A stretch of DNA of 64,000 nt from Minisyncoccia bacterium (lineage in GTDB: Bacteria; Patescibacteriota; Minisyncoccia; SW-4-49-11): assembly GCA_044341565.1 (NCBI GenBank), contig JBIIRM010000004.1, positions 8,764 through 72,763 on the forward strand, given 5' to 3'. Positions within the stretch are counted from its first letter, which is position 1. Every line of letters begins with the position of its first letter. The position numbers and the translations under genes are program-made. Positions 49,737-59,448 of this stretch are shown one piece after another. Under the pieces are notes generated by a model that worked only from the letters and a program-made list of their open reading frames with translations, was not told the origin of the DNA and did no database searches.

Positions 49737-51566
49737 ATGAGTGGAAAATTATCTCTAGATACCAAAAGACATACCGGTGCACATATATTAGCAGCTGCAG
49801 TTTATGAAATGTTCCCAGAAGCTCAATTTGGCGTTGGTCCTACTACTGAGAATGGATTTTATTATGATATTCTACTTCCTCGTACTCTTATCCCAGAAGA
49901 TTTGCCTTTGCTAGAGGACAAGATGAAGGCTATTATTAAGGCAAATTTACCGGTTGAGAGAGAAGAAATGGCTATTGATGATGCAATTGCTCATTTCCAA
50001 CAAGCTGGGCAATTATTGAAGGTGGAATTATTACAGGATCTCAAAACTCATGGGACTACTAACTTCTCTGAAATATATGGAGAAGGAGAATCTGTACCTC
50101 ACGAGAATGAAGTGGCGACAGTAAGTGTATATAAAATTGGGAATTTTGTAGATTTATGTCGTGGCCCTCATATTGAGACTACTGGACAATTAGATATTAC
50201 TGCTTTTGCTTTGGACAGTATATCTGCTTCCTATTTCCGCGGCGATCAAAGTCGTGAGAGTATGCAGAGAATTTATGGGATATTATTCCACTCCAAAAAG
50301 GAATTAAAAGAATTTTTGCATAATCGAGAAGAAGCTAAAAAGCGAGATCATCGAGTATTGGGGAAAAGTTTAGGATTATTCACGTTCTCAGAACTCGTAG
50401 GTTCGGGTCTCCCCCTTTATACTCCTGCTGGGACAACACTCAAAAATAATATTGCTGGGTTATTAAGGCAAATTAGTAAAAAATATGGGGCTGAGGAAGT
50501 ATCTATTCCACATATTGCCAAAAGAGAATTATATGAAATTAGTGGTCATGCCCAAAAGTTTTCAGAAGAACTCTTGACGGTACACAGTCATTATCAGCAA
50601 GATTTTGTATTAAAACCCGTAAATTGTCCTCATCATACACAACTATTTGCTTCTGAGCCTCGTAGTTATCGCGATTTGCCTATTCGGTATATTGAATCCA
50701 CTATGCAATATCGAGATGAAAAGCCAGGACAAATTGGAGGACTTACTCGTACTCGAGGATTTACCGTAGATGATGGACATACTTTCTTAGCTGTCAGCCA
50801 GATTAAAGATGAGGTGAATTTACTTATCAAAACTATTTCAGACTTCTATAACAGTTTTGGATTATGGGAGAATAAATGGGTTTCTCTTTCAGTAAGAGAT
50901 TATAGTGATTTATCTAAATATACGGGAGTACCAGAGGATTGGGACAAGGCTGAAGCTATGTTAGAGTCTATTGCTGAGGAAAATGGTCTACAAGCCCAAA
51001 AATGTGAAGGAGAGGCTGCTATTTATGGTCCTAAGCTTGACTTTATGTTCTATGATGCTTTAGGTAATAAGCGACAATTAGCTACAATTCAATTAGACTT
51101 TGCAACTCCTAAACGATTTGAACTCGAATATATTGATGAGGAAGGAAATGCACAAACTCCAGTTATGATTCACAGAGCTATCTTGGGATCATATGAACGA
51201 TTCCTGGCTATTCTGATTGAGCATTATGCAGGACGCTTCCCGTATTGGCTTGCTCCAACTCAAGTGTCGGTATTAACCGTAAATGATTCGGATGAGGTGT
51301 CTGAATATACCAAGAATATTATTGAACAATTAGATGAAGTGGTATTATCTTCCCCTCTCAAATATAATGAGCTACGGTATATTGTAGATAATAGCTCTGA
51401 ATCTTTAGGTAAAAAAATTCGTAATGCAGAATTACAAAAAATCCCTGTGATTATTATTGTCGGTCCAAAAGATATAGAGGCGAGTCAAGTAAGTATCCGT
51501 ACTCATAACGGTGAGAGCAAAATTGCTTTATCTGAATTACAAAAATTCCTAGAGAATTTTGAATAA
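49737..51566 (+). CDS. thrS: Threonine--tRNA ligase
   Basis: DLCRGPH, RDHR, KPVNCPHH, YGPKLD, HRAILGSYERF. Confidence 0.98.
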   Translation: MSGKLSLDTKRHTGAHILAAAVYEMFPEAQFGVGPTTENGFYYDILLPRTLIPEDLPLLEDKMKAIIKANLPVEREEMAIDDAIAHFQQAGQLLKVELLQDLKTHGTTNFSEIYGEGESVPHENEVATVSVYKIGNFVDLCRGPHIETTGQLDITAFALDSISASYFRGDQSRESMQRIYGILFHSKKELKEFLHNREEAKKRDHRVLGKSLGLFTFSELVGSGLPLYTPAGTTLKNNIAGLLRQISKKYGAEEVSIPHIAKRELYEISGHAQKFSEELLTVHSHYQQDFVLKPVNCPHHTQLFASEPRSYRDLPIRYIESTMQYRDEKPGQIGGLTRTRGFTVDDGHTFLAVSQIKDEVNLLIKTISDFYNSFGLWENKWVSLSVRDYSDLSKYTGVPEDWDKAEAMLESIAEENGLQAQKCEGEAAIYGPKLDFMFYDALGNKRQLATIQLDFATPKRFELEYIDEEGNAQTPVMIHRAILGSYERFLAILIEHYAGRFPYWLAPTQVSVLTVNDSDEVSEYTKNIIEQLDEVVLSSPLKYNELRYIVDNSSESLGKKIRNAELQKIPVIIIVGPKDIEASQVSIRTHNGESKIALSELQKFLENFE

Positions 51567-51568
51567 TT

Positions 51569-52159
51569 TTAATATTGTAAGAATACTCCGATAAGAATCA
51601 AAACAAATCCCACACCCAGATTAACATAGGGTTGTTTGGCATCAATTTTTTCCCCCAATCTATGTAATTTATCTTTTATACTACTTATAATTTCATGTTT
51701 TTCGGTAATTGCAATGAGCCAGAATATAAGAATAGGAATATGAAAAGCTATATTGAGTCCGGTATTAGCTATCACTCTATAAATTGTCTTATCGAATAAA
51801 ATATTAATTTGAATAGCTAAGAATACATATTCTACTAGAGCTGGAAAATCTATAAAAGGAGCTATAATTCCCATTAAAAAAGGTAATGTCCCATAATATT
51901 TGGGATAAGTTTTTACCTTTTGAGATTTTGATTTTTTGGGAATTAGAACATATATAATCAATACTATACCTAATAGAATCAAGACATAACTATTGATAAG
52001 CTTAATATGATTTTTTATAGCATCAATTTCCTCTTTCAAACCCCAAATAATAACTCCAGAAATTATAAAATGAATCAAGAATAACCCCACCAAAAACCAA
52101 AACATATTTTTGGCAGATTTAGAATGTGCCAAATAATATAAACTTAATATAACTGTCAT
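51569..52159 (-). CDS. Hypothetical membrane protein (possibly GAP/LysE-like)
   Basis: About 5 TM segments. Confidence 0.6.
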   Translation of the reverse strand: MTVILSLYYLAHSKSAKNMFWFLVGLFLIHFIISGVIIWGLKEEIDAIKNHIKLINSYVLILLGIVLIIYVLIPKKSKSQKVKTYPKYYGTLPFLMGIIAPFIDFPALVEYVFLAIQINILFDKTIYRVIANTGLNIAFHIPILIFWLIAITEKHEIISSIKDKLHRLGEKIDAKQPYVNLGVGFVLILIGVFLQY

Positions 52160-52172
52160 ATATTTTTATATA

Positions 52173-53555
52173 TTAGAATTCTCCAAAAGTTTCACTATTG
52201 AGATAGGCTCCAATATCCTCAATATCTATTCTCAGTTGCTCCATAGTATCTCGATGCCGAATTGTTACTGTACCCTCAGATAAAGTCTCATAATCCACAG
52301 TCACACACCAAGGAGTCCCAATTTCATCTTGTCTGCGATATCTCTTCCCTATTGATCCGGCCATATCCATATCCGCAAGTATCCCCTTTTTACGAAGATT
52401 CATATAGATTTCTTTGGCACTCTCAGCGAGACCATCCTTTTTCATCAATGGGAGTATAGCAATTTTATATGGAGCAATATGATAAGGGAATTTGAGTACA
52501 ATACGAGACTCATCAGTTCCTGCAATTGCCTCCTCATTATAGAATTCAAAGAGAGAAGATAAGAGAAGCCTATTTACTCCGAGAGAAGTCTCAATCACAT
52601 AAGGGAAATATTGCTCATTGGTCTCAGGATCACGATAGCGTAAATCCTTACCACTAAATTCACTATGTTGTTTTGTATCATAATCTGTACGATTATGTAT
52701 ACCTTCCATTTCTTTAAATCCCAAAGCCCCAAATTCATAATCTATATCCCATGCATCTTTAGCATAGAATACCAGTTTTTCATGTTGTCTAAATTTGAGA
52801 TGTTCAGGATTATACCCGAGATACTCTGTATAGAATGTATAGCGATAATCTTTCCAGAATTCATACCAATTATCTTCTTCTCCTGGTTTTACAAAGAATT
52901 GTAAATCTATTTGCTCAAATTCACGAGTACGGAAAATATATTGTTTTACGGTAATCTCATTACGAAAAGCTTTACCAAGTTGCGCAATACCAAATGGTAA
53001 TTTACGTCGACTGGTCTCTTGTACTAATTTCCAATTTACATAAATATTCTGGCAAGCCTCCCCTTTGAGATAAGCCACAGTAGATTCATCAACCGTTGCC
53101 CCAAGATGTGTCTGTACCAAAAGATTAAATTGTTTTGCCTTAGTAAGAGGATTGCCATCTGGAGATAGAATTTTATTCTCAGCAATAATGTTATCTGTCT
53201 CTTCCGGAGAAAGGCTATCTGCATTATTCATAATACCAGCATCCTCAATGAGGTGGTCAGCCCGATAACGTTTATGAGTTACCGTGTCCTCTACTAAGAG
53301 ATCCGCAAATCCTCCAATATGTCCACTAGCCTCCCATACTTTAGGATGAAGGAATATAGCTCCCTCAATCTCAACTACATCATCACGATAAGTCACCATA
53401 TAATCCCGCCAAGCCTGTACGAGATTGTCTTTTAGGAGCTTTCCTAAAGGTCCTAAATCATAAACAGCTGAATATCCTCCATAAATTTCTGATGAAGGAA
53501 ACACAAACCCATTGCGATGAGCATATTTTACAATTGTATCCAGTTTTGTTGACAT
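52173..53555 (-). CDS. glyQS: Glycine--tRNA ligase (dimeric alpha2 type)
   Basis: SSEIYGG, WEASGH, FRNEI, FRTREFEQ, SIGKRYRRQDEIGTP. Confidence 0.97.
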   Translation of the reverse strand: MSTKLDTIVKYAHRNGFVFPSSEIYGGYSAVYDLGPLGKLLKDNLVQAWRDYMVTYRDDVVEIEGAIFLHPKVWEASGHIGGFADLLVEDTVTHKRYRADHLIEDAGIMNNADSLSPEETDNIIAENKILSPDGNPLTKAKQFNLLVQTHLGATVDESTVAYLKGEACQNIYVNWKLVQETSRRKLPFGIAQLGKAFRNEITVKQYIFRTREFEQIDLQFFVKPGEEDNWYEFWKDYRYTFYTEYLGYNPEHLKFRQHEKLVFYAKDAWDIDYEFGALGFKEMEGIHNRTDYDTKQHSEFSGKDLRYRDPETNEQYFPYVIETSLGVNRLLLSSLFEFYNEEAIAGTDESRIVLKFPYHIAPYKIAILPLMKKDGLAESAKEIYMNLRKKGILADMDMAGSIGKRYRRQDEIGTPWCVTVDYETLSEGTVTIRHRDTMEQLRIDIEDIGAYLNSETFGEF

Positions 53556-53617
53556 AAAATATAATATATTAGGTAGTTGTATCTAGTATACCAAATAACT
53601 GTATTCTTGTGAACAAA

Positions 53618-54181
53618 TTAGCCCCAAGCCCCCTCTGTATGATCTTTATCTTCTAATATATCTTCTATAGAACTGAGTAACTCTTCTTTTTTCTTTTTAA
53701 CTGCAAGTTCTATTAAGTCTCGCATACTATTAGCATCTTGTATCAACATTGAGCTTGCATGTTGCCTGTGATATACACCCCCAGCCCGTAGTACATCAGG
53801 AAAATCTTTGGTACAAATCGTAGGTACAGATTCAAATTCCTCAATTTCTAATATGAGCAGTTGCTTACTCTCATATTCTACCGTTTTGATAGTATATCGA
53901 GGCAATGGGTCAAGATAATTACTTATATATTGATCAATCCAAGTCCTATCTACACTTGCTAAATCCTCAGCACTAAGTCCAGTTATTTCTTTTTTATCCG
54001 ATACTCCGAATATGAGCATTCCCCCATCCGGCATATTAGATATAGCTGCTATATGCTTGGCAAGTTTCACCTTGCGATACTCATCAAAGGTATGCCAATT
54101 GAATTCTTGCTTGAAGTCTATATGATTATCTTCATAGCCTTCGGTGATCACTTTTTGTAATAATTCGAGGGTGTATTTCAT
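53618..54181 (-). CDS. Stand-alone Schlafen/AlbA_2 domain protein
   Basis: EDNHIDFK, IAAISNMPDGGMLIFGVSD, YHR. Confidence 0.85.
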   Translation of the reverse strand: MKYTLELLQKVITEGYEDNHIDFKQEFNWHTFDEYRKVKLAKHIAAISNMPDGGMLIFGVSDKKEITGLSAEDLASVDRTWIDQYISNYLDPLPRYTIKTVEYESKQLLILEIEEFESVPTICTKDFPDVLRAGGVYHRQHASSMLIQDANSMRDLIELAVKKKKEELLSSIEDILEDKDHTEGAWG

Positions 54182-54185
54182 ATAG

Positions 54186-55571
54186 CTATCTGTAAGAAGA
54201 CATAGGTATAGGTCTTGGCATTGGGTTGATTTCTGTCATACCAGTTTGAAATAAGATTAGATACAATGAGAATAGTAATATAAACCAGACAAATTGTAGA
54301 ATTATAATAGATAATGCATTTCCCCAACCTCTCCTCAAGCCAACCATAATAGCTGGAGCCAAGAGAATAAAGGCATATAATAAAGTTGTGATGACTGAAA
54401 TCAGTGAGCTAAATGTAGGATCATAAGATAGAGATTGCCATATATTATTATAACTCAAGACTCTTAACACAATACTTACAATAATAACTAGAATAACTGA
54501 TCCAAGACTAATCAAAACATTAGTCAGATTAAATAAGTTAATAGATTTATTATCGACAATAGGTCGAACTTTATCTTGAGAGCTGACAGTATTATCTAAA
54601 CCCTTTTTATGTTTAGAATTGATATATTTACTCAAGAAATAAATCGACACGACAATTGCAACGAGTATCACAAGAGTAATAATAATTTCATTTACATATA
54701 GGAGAAAACGATTCTTGGCATATTCCCCCTTTACATTGAAACTTTCATTAGGAGCTAAACTTTTACCTTCTTTGATAATTACTCCATAAGAGCCAATATT
54801 ACTAACTACTCTGTCCAATTCCCTACTAGATATCGCTGATGAATCTCCTAATTTAGCCATCGGCATAGTCCCAGCACTTTCATTATAATTGACCGATGAT
54901 TGTTTGCCTTTGATAAATAAATCACTATCTACATCTACCGCTACTTTAGTTGATTGTATTCTGGAGTTGACTTTGATAGTCTCAAAATTAAATTTATATA
55001 AACCAAAAGCATTATCTACATAACCCTTAGAAGCATAAGAGATAATAAGAGCAGTAGATTTGGAAGGATCGACTGAATTAGGTAAAGTCAAATTATAAGT
55101 GTTTCCCGTTTTAGTATATTTGATTTTAGTATATTCTGCTGATTGTCCTGAGCCATAGTAATAATAATCTTGTCCATAATCTGGTTCTCTATATTCCAAA
55201 CACTTATTAGGTTGAGTGTTATAATCATATTTTACACATTCTGGAGGTAATTTCATCTGATACATTATCATCTCATAAGGATCAACTTTTGGAATTTCAA
55301 AACTAAACTCACTGAGAGCCTGCTCCTCTCGATTAGGGATAACTATTTTAGCATAGGTAATAGCCTCACCATTACCACGAAAAACCACACTATAGGAATG
55401 CTTTTGCCCAAATAAAAGTGAGTTGGAAGTATCAGGGGGTATAGGTATAATAGGAGCTATATCTGGAGCCACAGAATTAGCTTCTTGAGCTAAGACAATC
55501 CCCCCAAAGTTAGCTAAAAACAGACCTAAAACTAGTACTAGAGCTATAGATTTTGTAATTATTTTATGCAT
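54186..55571 (-). CDS. Hypothetical membrane protein with large extracytoplasmic domain
   Basis: Signal peptide, beta-rich domain, 4 C-terminal TM. Confidence 0.8.
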   Translation of the reverse strand: MHKIITKSIALVLVLGLFLANFGGIVLAQEANSVAPDIAPIIPIPPDTSNSLLFGQKHSYSVVFRGNGEAITYAKIVIPNREEQALSEFSFEIPKVDPYEMIMYQMKLPPECVKYDYNTQPNKCLEYREPDYGQDYYYYGSGQSAEYTKIKYTKTGNTYNLTLPNSVDPSKSTALIISYASKGYVDNAFGLYKFNFETIKVNSRIQSTKVAVDVDSDLFIKGKQSSVNYNESAGTMPMAKLGDSSAISSRELDRVVSNIGSYGVIIKEGKSLAPNESFNVKGEYAKNRFLLYVNEIIITLVILVAIVVSIYFLSKYINSKHKKGLDNTVSSQDKVRPIVDNKSINLFNLTNVLISLGSVILVIIVSIVLRVLSYNNIWQSLSYDPTFSSLISVITTLLYAFILLAPAIMVGLRRGWGNALSIIILQFVWFILLFSLYLILFQTGMTEINPMPRPIPMSSYR

Positions 55572-55690
55572 ATTTTTATTTAGTAGTTTAATACTAAATA
55601 TATTATAGCATATATTTAGAAAATTATCTCAAATTTAGAGAAAGCAAATATTCTCAGAAAAAAACTTTTACAAATAATATAGTAGTGATT

Positions 55691-56035
55691 TTATTCGTTG
55701 TAATTTTGATTAACTTTAAAAGCAATAATTTTCTCAATCAAATCATAAGGAATGGGTTCATCAAGGGGAAATTGTACCGACCCCTTACCTTGTTTATAGT
55801 GAGATAATTCTTGCGCAAATTCTGTATGAGCTTTAGGAGTGGCATATAGTCCAATATGATGTTCAAAGGCAGCAAAATATACCAGCGGCTTATTGTTTAG
55901 CTTAAAAGCTGGCATTGCATAAGAAATACTTTCTTCAGATTCTGGGGCTAAAGTTTTGACCAAATTATAAAGTTTATTCAAAATAATTTGTGTTGATTCA
56001 GGGAATTGTGATATATATTCAGGTATAGAATTCAT
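55691..56035 (-). CDS. DUF1801 (YdhG/iron-chaperone-like) protein
   Basis: ESISYAMPAF, YFAAFEHHIGLY, GKGSVQFP. Confidence 0.9.
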   Translation of the reverse strand: MNSIPEYISQFPESTQIILNKLYNLVKTLAPESEESISYAMPAFKLNNKPLVYFAAFEHHIGLYATPKAHTEFAQELSHYKQGKGSVQFPLDEPIPYDLIEKIIAFKVNQNYNE

Positions 56036-56122
56036 ATATTGTCAGTTTACATTATATATAGTATATCATATTGACTATATGCCTGATATATGATTATATA
56101 ATTCTGTCTTGCATTTTCACAA

Positions 56123-56749
56123 ATGAAGAATTATTCAATCGAATTTATCACAAATCTGGCTAATGGTGGGGGCAGGGTTTGGACAGCATTAAAATCTTGC
56201 TCTGATCTCCCTACTATAGAGGATAGATTTAAAAGTCTACGTCAACTAGTAACGGTGATAGCGGGTCCTAACTCTGATACCCTCACAGAGCTTTCTGATG
56301 TCAACAATATTCTAGAGACTTGTGGTCCAACTTGGAGAAGATCTATTAATATACGGCAATTAAGAGCTTATACATTCTTCATTAGTTTACCGAGTAGAAC
56401 AGCTTACATCGCGACAAAAGAGCAAGGAGGGCAAAAAACACTTCACTCGGTAGGGGTAAAAGCAGGTAATTCTGATGCTTATGCATCAGTAATTCTCTTT
56501 ATGCATATACTTATTCGAGTACTTGAGGGGAATAAAGATCTTCATATAAACTGGATCAAAGATATGGCACTTGGTAAAACTAACCCCTGTCAGAACTTGG
56601 TTGGCAATACGGAGATAGATCGTTTATTAGATATGTTTTCCATATTACAAGAGCCTCAACATCGTTCTAAGATTGCATCTTATCCCCCCGAAATTACCAT
56701 CTATATCCCTCCTCCATCTTCTTATGAGATAATCGTCACAAAGCATTAA
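56123..56749 (+). CDS. Hypothetical protein
   Basis: 208-aa ORF with upstream TTGACT promoter-like sequence and a downstream terminator. Confidence 0.65.
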   Translation: MKNYSIEFITNLANGGGRVWTALKSCSDLPTIEDRFKSLRQLVTVIAGPNSDTLTELSDVNNILETCGPTWRRSINIRQLRAYTFFISLPSRTAYIATKEQGGQKTLHSVGVKAGNSDAYASVILFMHILIRVLEGNKDLHINWIKDMALGKTNPCQNLVGNTEIDRLLDMFSILQEPQHRSKIASYPPEITIYIPPPSSYEIIVTKH

Positions 56750-56766
56750 CCATGCTCCACTCCCTC

Positions 56767-56792
56767 CACCCCGCAAATTACGGGGTGTTTTT
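56767..56792 (+). terminator. Intrinsic terminator
   Basis: CACCCCG-caaatta-CGGGGTG-TTTTT. Confidence 0.8.
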
Positions 56793-56869
56793 ATTTATAT
56801 AGATTTAAGGAAACTTTCAATGTCTGTCACATATTGTTTTTCTCCATCTGTTGTAAAAATTTTTTATGT

Positions 56870-57205
56870 CTATTTTTTAGAGCACCATGTATAACTATCA
56901 ATACATCTATTGGTATTGAGTTCAGAGTCATTAGGACAAATCTTTTCACTAAGAGGAGTACCCTTTTCATAAATAAGTGAGTTGGCTTGTTCCGCATCAT
57001 TGACTGAAGATAAGCAACAACCTGATCCTTCTAATCCTTCACATTTTTTTCTAAAACTTTCATAATATGCTTTTGATTTTGGTTCTATTGTTGTCTGTTG
57101 ATTAGAGACATTATCCTCCACATTTTTTTGATTAATATAAATAAACAAAATAATACCTATAATAGCTAAAAGAATTGATAAGGATATTATGTAAATTTTT
57201 TTCAT
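56870..57205 (-). CDS. Small Cys-rich membrane-anchored protein
   Basis: Likely start MKKIYII at 57205; TM followed by 6 Cys. Confidence 0.75.
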   Translation of the reverse strand: MKKIYIISLSILLAIIGIILFIYINQKNVEDNVSNQQTTIEPKSKAYYESFRKKCEGLEGSGCCLSSVNDAEQANSLIYEKGTPLSEKICPNDSELNTNRCIDSYTWCSKK

Positions 57206-57257
57206 AGTTTTATTATACAGATTTATCTTATAGTATACAAGAGTATATACGTATTTA

Positions 57258-57468
57258 TACGCAGAAGAGAGACTTGAGTCGCAAATAGGATTTGCTCCTT
57301 GAAACCTTTCGGTTCCAATACCTCCGCCACGGGAAACTACCATTTCCATCAATCCCCCCACGCCCCATCTCGGACACCCACGGTTTCCGACATTCGGAGT
57401 AAACTCCTCACTGCCTTCCTGCCCAGGGGGATTGAGACCCCTTCCCATCAAGTCCCCTTTCTTACATA
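57258..57468 (-). other. GC-rich structured element ending in a tRNA-Leu 3'-end copy (putative ncRNA or tRNA-anchored repeat)
   Basis: ~20-bp closing helix with G-U pairs, nested hairpins, GAAA tetraloop. Confidence 0.6.
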
Positions 57469-57479
57469 CATCTAATACA

Positions 57480-57518
57480 AAAATATACTCTTAAGGATAA
57501 ATCCTAAGAGTATATTTT
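57480..57518 (-). terminator. Hairpin/terminator after tRNA-Leu
   Basis: AAAATATACTCTTA-AGGAT-AA-ATCC-TAAGAGTATATTTT. Confidence 0.65.
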
Positions 57519-57524
57519 ATATAG

Positions 57525-57613
57525 TGCGCAGAAGAGGACTTGAACCTCCACGGTACTTTGTATTTTCCCACAAGCACCTCAAGCTTGCGTGTCTACCATT
57601 CCACCACCTGCGC
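57525..57613 (-). tRNA. tRNA-Leu(GAG)
   Basis: CAAGC-TT-GAG-GT-GCTTG; long variable arm. Confidence 0.95.
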
Positions 57614-57646
57614 ATTTGAGAGTTTTAGACTCTCTGGAAGCTGATA

Positions 57647-58060
57647 TTATTCAGCTGAGGTAATTTCTTGTTCTGGTGTAGATTCTACTACTGGAGCTGA
57701 TTTTGTTGACTCGGTAGTAATAACTTTCTTTGCTCGCTCTTTTAGACGATATTTCTTTCCTACTGCTTCTCTCAAGTAAAAGAGTTTAGCTCGGCGAACT
57801 TTATTATGCTTAAGGATTTCAACTTTTGCAATATTAGGAGAATATATAGGGAAAATTCTCTCTACACCTATTCCAAGAGATACTTTTCTTACAGTGAAAG
57901 TAGCAGAAATACTGGTTTTAAGATGTTTTGCAATTACAATACCTTCAAATATCTGAATTCGCTCTTTTGTTCCTTCAATAACTTTTTGATGTACTCGAAC
58001 AGTATCTCCTATTTGTATAGGTTCAAATGGTAATTCTGTAGGTGTTGCTGCTGTACTCAT
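57647..58060 (-). CDS. rplS: 50S ribosomal protein L19
   Basis: [35 protein letters not shown]. Confidence 0.97.
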   Translation of the reverse strand: MSTAATPTELPFEPIQIGDTVRVHQKVIEGTKERIQIFEGIVIAKHLKTSISATFTVRKVSLGIGVERIFPIYSPNIAKVEILKHNKVRRAKLFYLREAVGKKYRLKERAKKVITTESTKSAPVVESTPEQEITSAE

Positions 58061-58098
58061 ATCATTGTCTTATATAATCTCCCTATAATGTGTTGGGG

Positions 58099-58172
58099 TG
58101 GGCGATGTAGGATTCGAACCTACGACCCTCTCGGTGTAAACGAGATGCTCTAACCAACTGAGCCAATCGCCC
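58099..58172 (-). tRNA. tRNA-Val(TAC)
   Basis: TCTCG-TT-TAC-AC-CGAGA. Confidence 0.96.
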
Positions 58173-58211
58173 CAAGTATTGGAATGAATCTTCTTATAGC
58201 GAAGCTCATCT

Positions 58212-58288
58212 TGGTAGCGATAGGAGGGATCGAACCTCCGACCTCGGGCTTATGAGTCCCGCGCTCTAACCAGCTGAGCTATATCGCC
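58212..58288 (-). tRNA. tRNA-Met(CAT), probably elongator (Ile2 not excluded)
   Basis: CT-CAT-AA loop; GGCGATA acceptor; encoded CCA. Confidence 0.9.
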
Positions 58289-58312
58289 AATTAAGAGAAA
58301 GATACATCTTTG

Positions 58313-58384
<72 letters not shown>

Positions 58385-58475
58385 AATTTATATAACGCTT
58401 TACCATTATGACATATTCTCAAAAATAATGCAAGAGTTGGGGTGTGAGTTTGGTTAGTAATTGTAAATTATGGAT

Positions 58476-58840
58476 TTTGTAGGGGCGACCTTTCAGTCGC
58501 CTGTACTATGCCCCTCTTTGCCGAGGGAGTACCACAAAGTGGTGGGTATGGATAAAATAGCTTAGTCCTCCTCCGCCCTGCCTACCGTAGGCAGGCAAAG
58601 GGGGACAAAAATATCAAGTTACAAAAATAACAAAATACAGGCGACTGAAAGGTCGCCCCTACAAATACAAAAATACTCCACCCCGTCAGGGAAACCTGCC
58701 ACCCCTCAAGAGGGGAATTTAGCTTTATCCACCTCTGGTACTTCGTGCCACCTCCTCCAAAGGAGGACAAAAATATCAAGTTACCAAAATACTCCACCCC
58801 GTCCAGCAAAGCTGTCCACCCCTCAACGAGGGGAATTTTA
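58476..58840. repeat. Cluster of REP-like elements (GTAG-type inverted doublet, family A and B units)
   Basis: Perfect 30-bp inverted repeat 58476-58505/58636-58665; TACTCCACCCCGTC...CCACCCCTCAA..GAGGGGAATTTA twice; GGACAAAAATATCAAGTTAC twice. Confidence 0.88.
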
Positions 58841-58843
58841 TAA

Positions 58844-59446
58844 CTATTTCCTATTCTGAAAGGCGGCGACGAGGGTGTCTTGATCGACATATTCGAGCAA
58901 GGTGCCATTGGCGAGTCCCCTACCGAGGCTACTAATATTGCCTTTGAATGATTTGAGTTGTTGGCGAATATATTGCGCTGTTCTATCTCCTTGTGCAGTG
59001 GGGCTGGTGGCGATAATAATATCTTGTATATGTTCGGTTTTAATTCTTTTTAATAATTCTATAATATGCAAATCTTCTGGCTGAGAACCTTTGAGGGGGT
59101 CTATTACTCCTCCGAGTACATGATAGCGTCCATGAAATACTTCAATCCTCTCTATTTGTAATATATCTTCAGCATATTCTATGACACAAATACTACCTAT
59201 ATCCCTCACACTATTGCTACAAATAGAACATATATCCCCTTCTGAGGTATTAAAACAAATTTGGCATTGTCTCACCAATGACTTAATACCATGAATTTCT
59301 TTAGCTAATTTGGTGAGATAAGTCTGCTCTTGATTAATAAGCCAATAGGCATAGCGGGTTGCTGTTTTACGCCCCACTCCTGGTAATTGACGAATGTCTT
59401 CTATTAACTCCTTGACTGATTCAGGAGGTGTTATTTTACGATTCAT
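58844..59446 (-). CDS. recR: Recombination mediator RecR
   Basis: LPGVGRKTA, C4 zinc finger, YHVLGGVIDP, TOPRIM. Confidence 0.96.
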   Translation of the reverse strand: MNRKITPPESVKELIEDIRQLPGVGRKTATRYAYWLINQEQTYLTKLAKEIHGIKSLVRQCQICFNTSEGDICSICSNSVRDIGSICVIEYAEDILQIERIEVFHGRYHVLGGVIDPLKGSQPEDLHIIELLKRIKTEHIQDIIIATSPTAQGDRTAQYIRQQLKSFKGNISSLGRGLANGTLLEYVDQDTLVAAFQNRK

Positions 59447-59448
59447 AT

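Noticed and set aside
5194-57446. KOPS (GGGNAGGG) polarity
   Set aside because: Only a few instances seen by eye, with a counter-oriented one near 56169; not supportable without counting
57258-57468. SRP, 6S, RNase P or tmRNA
   Set aside because: Lacks the SRP domain IV geometry, the RNase P GAGGAAAGUCC core and the tmRNA ends; multibranched rather than a 6S-like rod
58476-58840. CRISPR array
   Set aside because: Repeats are heterogeneous, partly inverted and irregularly spaced; no cas genes
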